From Octopus vulgaris (taxonomy: Eukaryota), in NCBI GenBank assembly GCA_951406725.2, contig OX597821.1, positions 50,964,001-51,028,000 on the forward strand: 64,000 nucleotides of DNA. Direction: 5' to 3'. Every line of letters starts with the position of its first letter. Positions within the stretch are counted from its first letter, which is position 1. Below the pieces are notes generated by a model. The model saw nothing but the letters and a program-made list of their open reading frames with translations. It had not been told where the DNA came from and ran no database searches. This document shows, piece after piece, positions 55,078 through 64,000 of this stretch. A program made the position numbers and the translations under genes.

Positions 55078-55302
55078 TGTATGTATGTATGTATGTATGT
55101 ATGTATGTATGTATATGTATGTATATATGTATGTATGTATATGTATGTGTATGTATGTATATATGTATATGTATATGCATATACATATATATGTATATAT
55201 ATGTATATATATATATATGTATGTATATATGTATATGCATATACATATATATGTATATATATGTATATATATATATGTATGTATATATATATATATATAT
55301 AT

Positions 55303-55376
55303 AAGTATAATAATGGATGACCACTAATTGGACATCTAATATGCTAGAAGATCGTCTACGATCACCCTCAATATTT

Positions 55377-55430
<54 letters not shown>

Positions 55431-55502
55431 TATAATAATGGATGACCACTAATTGGACATCTAATATGCTAGAAGATCGTCTACGATCACCCTCATTATT
55501 TA

Positions 55503-55506
<4 letters not shown>
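55303..55506. repeat. Direct duplication of a 78-bp unit separated by (TA)n
   Basis: 55303-55380 and 55428-55505 differ at one base. Confidence 0.95.
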
Positions 55507-55542
<36 letters not shown>

Positions 55543-55579
55543 TCATTCATATACCAATATATATATATCCATTCATATA

Positions 55580-55632
<53 letters not shown>

Positions 55633-56677
55633 AAGATATATGTATATCAATACACACACGAACGTATGCACACACATTTACTAGCTTAATTTATTAATTA
55701 GAGAGAAGCATTTGAAGCCACGTGGTTGACATAATCTCGACCTGGTACGTTCAGAAATATATGATATTCTGAAGATCATATGAAATCTTGCAGTAATAAT
55801 GCAAAAAGGTGAACAATGTTTGTAAGTAAATAAATCGATTTATGTTATATGTCTCATTAAAATATCAGATGCAACTGTATTTATAAATTTATCATCTGTA
55901 CTTTATGCTTATGTTGAGATATTTTGCCTAAAGGTAAGTTAATGTGTTTACAGTTAATGAAAAATTAGTCAAAACTCTTAAAAGAACAAATCGAATAGTG
56001 CACCAGGTTCCGTGTCATGATTTGATGACTTATAAATGAACGCATTTCCTTTTACCCCTTCACTGTTACTGTCCTTCCTAAACTGGATTTCCTTCCGTCA
56101 TATTTTCTTTTTATCTAATGCCCTCTTAGTACTTGGCTTTTCTTATTTCTCCCCCTCCATTTTCTACCAATTCTGTCACCAAGTTTCACCCTTACACTCT
56201 CCATCGTTTTGAATCCCCTGCCAGTTGCTGTCAATCGGTCTTCTACAGAGGAAGGAATGATAATACCAATTTCCCCCTTTCCACTTTTGTCTCGACAATG
56301 AATGATAACTATTTCTGAATCATCGAAAAATTCAGTTCTCCGAAGCCTTTATACTCAATACAATCAGTTAATTTCCCAACAAATACAAATTTACCAACGC
56401 AGGAAACTAACCTCCTTGCTTCATATTTTATGAGATTGATAATTACTGAGTCGAAACTATTGGCAAAAAGAGATAAGGTTCTCACCGGTAGAGTTTAAAA
56501 GTATGAAATATACGGACTGAACTAATATCTGTAAGGCTTAAACTTGTTTTTGAATAATCTCGTCAATATATACTGGTGCACATCCACTCTTTATATGAAA
56601 GGGATTCATAGAAACAAAATCTGCGACTTTTTTCGTTAAATGCTTCTACGTCATTTCTTTTAAATGAAATTTAAAAC

Positions 56678-56702
56678 ATTTTTCTTTTTTTTTCAGGTAA
56701 GT
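56678..56702 (+). promoter_or_regulatory. Candidate recursive splice site (3' splice site fused to 5' splice site)
   Basis: ATTTTTCTTTTTTTTTCAG|GTAAGT, junction 56696/56697. Confidence 0.5.
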
Positions 56703-57039
56703 GAAATATCACCAATTTAAATGTAAGACCTGACCTCAGAATGGTATACGGCATCACGTGTAAGCATATTTCTATATATAAGTTACATATCATATATATT
56801 CGATATATATTAAAATACTGACGTTATATAATGACATATCTGTCTCCATCTTTTCTTCCATTTTCTTCTCACCCCATTCATCCATTTGGTTCATTACATA
56901 TATACGTACCCCCATATATATATATACATACCCGCAATACATACATACATACATATAGTTGTTTTTTTTATTTACACAGTATATAATTATGACCTACTAA
57001 TTGCTTCACACAATGGATATGTTGTCTACATAGCTTTTA

Positions 57040-57660
57040 TTAACACGCCTAGTGTGTCGAAGTAATCTTCAGGGTCTGCGCATATTACCTGTACAATTTA
57101 CAAATCCGGACAATAGGGCAAGAAAAAACAAGACAAGAAAAGAGACGAAGGTGGATTCAAAAAGAAAGTGAAAAAGAAAGGAAAAAAGAAGAAAGATAAT
57201 TGGAGTTGTCTCCTTTGACAGTAAAGACATAAAGCCAGTTGGTGTCGAATCAACGGAAACGAGACTAAAATCTTCGAAACTACTAATCTCTTTTGAGAGA
57301 GTGGTTCTCTCCAGTTCGATAAAAGAAACTTGCCTGTATGTTTGCATTTGCTGAAACTTTATGATCTGGAATTCAAGAGTGCAGGGGAATTCTCTGATCT
57401 AAAAAGGATATGTGATCTTTCAGCTATGCGTATCTTGTATATTTTCGATCTATTAACATATAGTATAAATTTTTCTACGATTTGCCGATTGATTTTATGT
57501 GGCGTGGAGTTCGTCTTAAAATTCCATACGTGGCTGGCCAACTTAGTGTCTTTACTTTTGCACATGTACCGGAAAGAAGATAAGTGGCTAAGCATAGATT
57601 CTTTTGAAGAGCAACGTAAATGATACCATCTGGTTATACTAACCACCTATATCCTCAGAC
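57040..57660 (-). mobile_element. Penelope-like element 3' part (GIY-YIG C-terminus plus UTR)
   Basis: SHLSSFR...TKLASHVW...LLNSRS then FSKCKHTGKFLL; CTGAAGA box downstream at about 57066-57072. Confidence 0.8.
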
Positions 57661-59046
57661 TAACATGTACACCAGTGTTCACCCACCATCTTTAACTTTT
57701 TTGTCACACATTTCGGCACGTGGATACTGACAGCCGACATTCACTTACTCAGTACCTATGCACACCTATGCACATTCCCTCCTCTTTTCACTCATACACG
57801 CGTGTACACACACTTACATACGCACTTGTACGCGCATTTATACACACATCTCATACACTAGCACACACGCACATTCACGCTGACACACATTCTTCTACAC
57901 TTCGACATAATTTTTGACATCTTCGAAACATACCTATTTTTTTCTTCCACTTGTCCCCTGTGCTTGCTTAACTACTCGGTCTTTAGCTTGCTAACACTTG
58001 AACACAAACACACACATACGCACGCGTGCACATGCAAACACACACACACACACATACACAGAAACAAACAAACACACACACAGGTATTATAAACACAGGC
58101 ATACAGGCATTTCTGCCACTCCCATAAATTTACTCGCCACTTTCTTCTCAGAAAAGACTAATTTTGTTTTCTTTATCATTTTCTCTGTACTCCAAGTGCG
58201 TTACATCCTGTTTGTCATCTCCTATACCACAGTTATTTCTTCGGGTCTGTGGATTTTCCAGCTTCTTCATCACGTACATTATTTCTTATTTAAGAAACTA
58301 TCAGCTTTGCACCCTCCTCTAGGCAATTTATCAATTTCTCAAAACCATTTATCATAGTTTTACAATTTCAATCTATATCTTTGACTTTTCGTATTTTCTC
58401 AAAATTCATGCATTTTCCTCAAAATTCATGCATTTTTCTCATTTTCAACTTTTTATTTTATATTTTTCTCTTTGTTTTCACATTGCTACGTGTTTTCTTT
58501 ATACTCTTGTGAACACATCTATATACCATCAACTATACTTTAAACATTCCATGTTCTTCCTCAATGCCTTTATTCCCTCATATTACCATACACTCTTAGC
58601 TCCTCCCACTCACGCTTTCCCAACATACGCCTAACGATTACACACAACAAGTACTTCACCCATTCAGAAACCAATGCCTCTATATATCTCCACACTTGCA
58701 CACCACTCCATACCCAGCGCTTACACACACACATACACACAAACACACACACCATTCCCTCCTCACACTCCTTTAGCTCTTTCCTCTCATCTTAATTCTC
58801 CACACCCATACAACATTTCTACTTGGTTTCTAAGCCTTCACCAGTTTCTTTCTTTTTCTTTCACTGATTATTTCTTTTCCTCATTTCCCTTGTACTTCGA
58901 CTTTATTTTGAAGAACAACTAACGTCCGAAGGGTTATATTTTCTGTTGCAGGTAAAGTGTGAAGCTAATAACTCATTGTAAAACATCACTCTTCTTGTAT
59001 TGTTCTTTTTTACGTTTATTGTATTTACACACATACATACAATATA

Positions 59047-59086
<40 letters not shown>

Positions 59087-60110
59087 CATATGGTATACAT
59101 GTATAAACATGCTATATATGTGTGTGTGTGTATGCGTGTGTGCATGTGTGTGCGTGAGTATGTAAGTATACTATGAATAAGCCAAACACAAGAATACAGA
59201 GATATATAATCTTATATAATTCGATGACTACCTAAAAGAAAATTGATTTTCTCCCTGCATGATGGCTAGTCTGTGTGTGTGTGTGTGTGTGCGCGCATGT
59301 GTGTGTGTGTGTGTGTGTGTGATTATGTATGGTCGTTTCAAGGAAATGAAAATGTCAATGAATAATGAGTTCTCTCACAAATCATATCGGACACAGTTAA
59401 ACTATAATCATCATTAATAGGGGAACTATTGAGAGAATGCAGAAATAACAGCGATTTTTAACATACTACTTGCTTTATATCTATACACGGCAGAAATAGC
59501 ACATAGCATGTTAGTCACCTTAGATGGAGATCGTAACCACCAACAAGGTAGGTAAAAAAAAAAATGTACTTTGCACCGATGACTCATTTGGATTACAAAT
59601 ATTACCAATGCAGAAACTAGAGTTTATGTATTCGTATCATATTATACATACATACATGCATTCATACAAAATACCCCATTGCTGATGTTGAAACTCCAAT
59701 GAAACTGCCTTGGACCTAGGTTAGAAACCGGTTCTTTCTCTATTGGCCAGAAATCTTGATGGCATGCATACAAAGGAGAAAGGGGAGAGCTGATTGAAGG
59801 CTACAAATCCAAAACTTCACTGGAACTGTGAAGTTCTGTAAAATTTTCCAGAAGTTTGCGATTTAAGTATATATGAGATATATAGCTATATGCATGAGAA
59901 TACATACATAAAAGAAAACATACAAAGCTGCATACATACATACATACATACATACATACATACATACATACATACATACATACATACATAAATACTCTGC
60001 TCCGTTGTTGAAATTCCGATGAAGGAGGGTTGGATCTAGGTTAGAAACCGGCTCTTTACCTATTGGCAAGAAATCTTAAATACAATTGGATAATTGAATA
60101 TAAACATATT

Positions 60111-60148
<38 letters not shown>

Positions 60149-60169
60149 GTATGTGCGTCTTCTCGCGTC

Positions 60170-61840
60170 ATTTCGACGTATGAGTGTCCAACAACCATTT
60201 GTTTTAGTTCTGATGTCAATGTCACCAGTGAAACTGTAATCCAACCAATATTTACGGACAGTCCACAGATCGAACATAAAAAAGGTTTGTTATACAAAGC
60301 AACCGGTATGTTAGATCGAGATTGTGTCTTTGCTTTAGATTTAGTAAGGTGATCCAGATGGCTAAGTCGATAGCTTTTTTTTGGCTTTATAGCATGTTAA
60401 CCTCTCTTCATTGCGATTCAATGCAGACTTTTCGAATGTCCCAGAGATAATCTTTTTCGCTTTCAGATTAGTTGTGAGCAATTCCTTGTATCTCAACGTT
60501 TCTCCGATCATGGAGCTGGATACACAAAAATACGTTTAGAATTCCGTTGTCATTCATTCTAACATGACCAATCCACCTTTGTTGGGATTGCGGAACAAAG
60601 GATTCAGTTTTAGCAATTCATTATTTAGCGGACAGATTACTATTGGAAATTCTGACTTTCATATTCATACGAAATGACCCGAAGACATCGGTTATGAAAG
60701 ACATCATACTAGTTGATATAAGATCGATAGGACCTCCCAATCTCCGATCCTCACAGGAGAGTAGAAAGGTGTATAGCTTTGTAGACACTGATTTTTTGCT
60801 AATGAGATTCCCCGTTCATAGCACAGAAGATGATGAATTTTGAAGTAACTATTTAACACTTTGGCTATACGGTTGACTATTTCAACAAGAGGCATTTGGA
60901 TTTACTCTGCTCCCCAAATATGTGGTCTTTATGTTAAGTTTTCCAGGTTTTCCTCATCCATAATAATGAGCGTGGTAGGGAACTATTGAACTGGTTGTTG
61001 TTTTATACCTACAATTTCCTTGCAAATGGGCCAGGGCTGGTGGATTACTTCGATAATGCATTAACGATGTTACGGCCGAAGGCTATACCTGCATTAGGGA
61101 AAAGATTTAAAATATCTTGCTTCTCTAACAAGCGTTACAAGTGCGCCATCATTAGTGAATAAGAAGTCCCATATCATTGGCATTCAGACAAGTGTTTTGG
61201 CTGTAAACTGCAATGATTGAAAAAAGGACCACTAGTGCGGAGTTGGACCCGTTAATCGAGACCACCGTAAGCGTGGGGCAGAATGTGACAGAAAAGAGCG
61301 AAATAGCCCCCCCCCCCGCCACCTCACCAAATGATAAAAAATGAGAAAGAAATGCCCTGATACAATCTTGCTTTGTGCCATTCGAAAACGTCAAGTGTCA
61401 GAAAGTTGGCCGTCTGATAAAATAACTGCTTTCATCGCTGCATGGAAGGAAATGATGACGTTTAGCCTTTCATAAGGTATAATTTTTTTGTTCGACAACT
61501 ATTCAGAGAGCCATTTTTGCTGACAGTGCGGAAAGCCTGGGACTAATCTATGTATAAAAAAAAACATGTACAGTTCATGATTTTTACCACCAAATTTCTC
61601 AGCAAATTGACGAACTGTAAGAATTATGTCCATTAAAATGCGACTTGATCTCAAGCTGTAATGCAACTGTGAATAGCTGTCATCGATAACATGCATTATT
61701 ATTCTCTTAAGAATTACTCACAACAAGATTTTAACTCCAATGCATAGGAGAGAGACACACACACACTATGTGAGTTACTGCAGATGACTTTTCTTCTCTT
61801 GTTTTTGAAGAGTTGCATTATGAATGCACATTTGTAGACC
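60170..61840 (-). mobile_element. Decayed RTE-clade LINE reverse transcriptase
   Basis: LRSSRILMDIILTVRQFAEK, NGTKQDC, YLGS, NRIAK, GISL..K motifs in RTE order. Confidence 0.8.
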
Positions 61841-62003
61841 AGAGGTACTAACTCAACAGATGATTAAAATACTTCCAAAAACTTTTGCACCAAATACTTT
61901 TACGCTCATATTTGAATTATTTTGCGTGGTAAAACAGAAGCTTTGTTTCAAGACATCTGCTTGACTCGCGTGCGTCATGAGCACATAACTTTTAAAAGGT
62001 GAA

Positions 62004-62224
62004 GGCGGCGAGCTGGCAGAATCGTTACCACGCCGGGCGAAATACGTAGTCGCATTTCGTCTGCCGTTACGTTCTGAGTTCAAATTCCGCCAAGGTCGAC
62101 TTCGGGGTCGATAAATTAAGGACCAGTTACGCACTGGGGTCGATGTATTCGACTTAATACGTTTGCCTGTCCTTGTTTGTCCCCTCTGTGTTTAATCTCT
62201 TGTGGGTAGTAAAGAAATATATAT
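62004..62224 (+). mobile_element. SINE family B with TSD
   Basis: 14-bp TSD CTTTTAAAAGGTGA at 61989-62002 and 62225-62238. Confidence 0.92.
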
Positions 62225-62511
62225 CTTTTAAAAGGTGACAGCACAACAACACACGTGCTTTTCTTAGACCATTTTTTCTTCTCTCCGGACCTTTCTCCTT
62301 TCCTCTTTCTGTCGAAGAGCCAGGTTCGTAGCGTCACACACCTCTTTCTCCATCTTAAATTGAGCATCAACTTAATACATTCACTGAGTAGGTCCTATTG
62401 ACTTTTAATGTTTTGTTCTTGTTTTTATTATCGATTGGCCTATATGTGTGTGTGTATGTGCGTGTATATTTATTTATATGTATACGTCTCTTCTATTTTT
62501 TATTTATTATA

Positions 62512-63535
62512 AATCTTCAACTGAGGAGGGAGCCAGTTTCCAACAAAGCTACAAGGCCCCATCTTTGGGATGTAGCTAACACAGACAAATTCATATTCAG
62601 AACTTGAGAAAAGTCTTGCATATTTCTACAGTTCCACTCGCAGATTGCACTTGTAATGTACGAATTAGCTGGGCGATTTTTCTTTCTGAAAATCCCAGTT
62701 TACCCAGATTCTCCTTTAAGCATTCACTAACAAAACACAGTGCTCCAATTATTATAGGTATGAATATGAATTCATAGTCTGGATATAGAAGCTGGAGGTT
62801 TCGAATCAGATATCCTATTTTCTTTGATTTTCTAAGCTTATTTCAGGACAGTCTTTTTTGCGGATGGCATTATAGATTGTTTTAGCGACAACATCGTGCA
62901 GCATAGGGAGGTAGTATCGTGACGATATTTTGGGACAACTGCTAATCACATGCGTGATGTCTTCCACAGAAACATGACATACCCTACACATGTGGTTGCA
63001 CCTTGGGATTACAAGAGCGTCACTGTCTCTCTTGTTCACCAGGTACTTTGTGGCAATTCCTGGATTACAAATGCATAGCCTTCAAAGTGCGATGTGATGT
63101 CGTGGTCTTATGTCGAAGAGAGGCTGCGCTTTGTGTCAGTTCTACTGTGTCAGTTCTTCAATCTTCAGGCAACAAACCCATGCATAAACTTTTTTAATGT
63201 ATGCTGAGTGCTTTCTATCCAGGTCTCCTCTGAGGTAAGGGAGCCCAGCTATTTTGGGGCTGTATAGGAGATCATCAGGAAGAGAGTGCTTCTTGAGTAG
63301 CTCACTGCCAACTCGTACAATATTGCTGACTTCGCTTTTCAGCACTGCATTTATATAATTACCTTTGCTGCTGTTTTCAGCAGGTGCTGTCTGAGTGATA
63401 CCATACAGATTTCGAAGGCTGCCTGCACTGATCTCAGGCTTTTACCACCTTCATTTCATCTTAGATAGAGCCTGTCAACATCACTGTTTCTGTGGAAGTT
63501 CCTTGATGTCAGGACTTTGCAGATTTTGATATCTA
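62512..63535 (-). mobile_element. R4/Dong-like RLE LINE 3' fragment
   Basis: FHRNSDVDRLYL..EGG, CCHC knuckle CRVC...EDITHVISSC, HDVVAK, FIPIIIGAL...CKTFLKF*; the PD..D endonuclease core is internally deleted. Confidence 0.85.
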
Positions 63536-63586
63536 TATATTGTTTGTAAGTTTGTATGTATGTATGTATGTATGTATGTATGCTTG

Positions 63587-63620
<34 letters not shown>

Positions 63621-64000
63621 TCTATCTATCTAACTAGTTAGCTATATACATATATATTACGTAAACCATTATATACATATGTGTAAGAGTGTACATATAT
63701 ATGTATTTTCATACATATACATGTACATTCCAATACACATTCATGTATATGTATTTTCATGCATATACATAAATTTATTAAAGATAATGTTTTATCACAT
63801 TATAACGCACGACTGTAATAATATCTAGTAACAAAACAACTGATAGCCTATTATATATACACTTTGAAAATTCCTTCGTAAATAATGAATTAGAGAATGA
63901 TATATTGTTACTTGAACTGTACGAATATTTGTATCCATGTATATGCAACAACACTTCCATAAACTAGTAACCATCTGTGGCAAATATTAGTCTTCTCAGA

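Noticed and set aside
55870-55939. Possible small exon ending AAG|GTAAGT; also donor-like sites at about 42362 and 26689
   Set aside because: Weak acceptors and no convincing reading frame; chance matches are likely

Overview
AT-rich, microsatellite-dense animal DNA. The SINE and repeat families look like those of Octopus or another coleoid cephalopod; this is recognition by eye, not a search result. No intact host protein-coding exon is visible, so the window is probably part of a very long intron or an intergenic region. Most listed ORFs are translations of simple repeats. The window holds several tRNA-derived SINE families, three copies of a non-autonomous Helitron, decayed Tc1/mariner, maT and pogo transposons, and fragments of CR1/L2-, RTE-, R4/Dong- and Penelope-type retroelements. 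Main signals: (i) short (TA)n-embedded Penelope-like terminal units carrying minimal type I hammerhead-like folds whose core 3-8 pair covaries (C-G, U-A, G-C); (ii) long fold-back palindromes with asymmetric tails; (iii) a textbook polypyrimidine-CAG|GTAAGT recursive-splice-like site at 56696; (iv) a Myb/SANT-like ORF joined to a decayed CCCH zinc-finger region. Coordinates were read by eye and boundaries of decayed elements are approximate.
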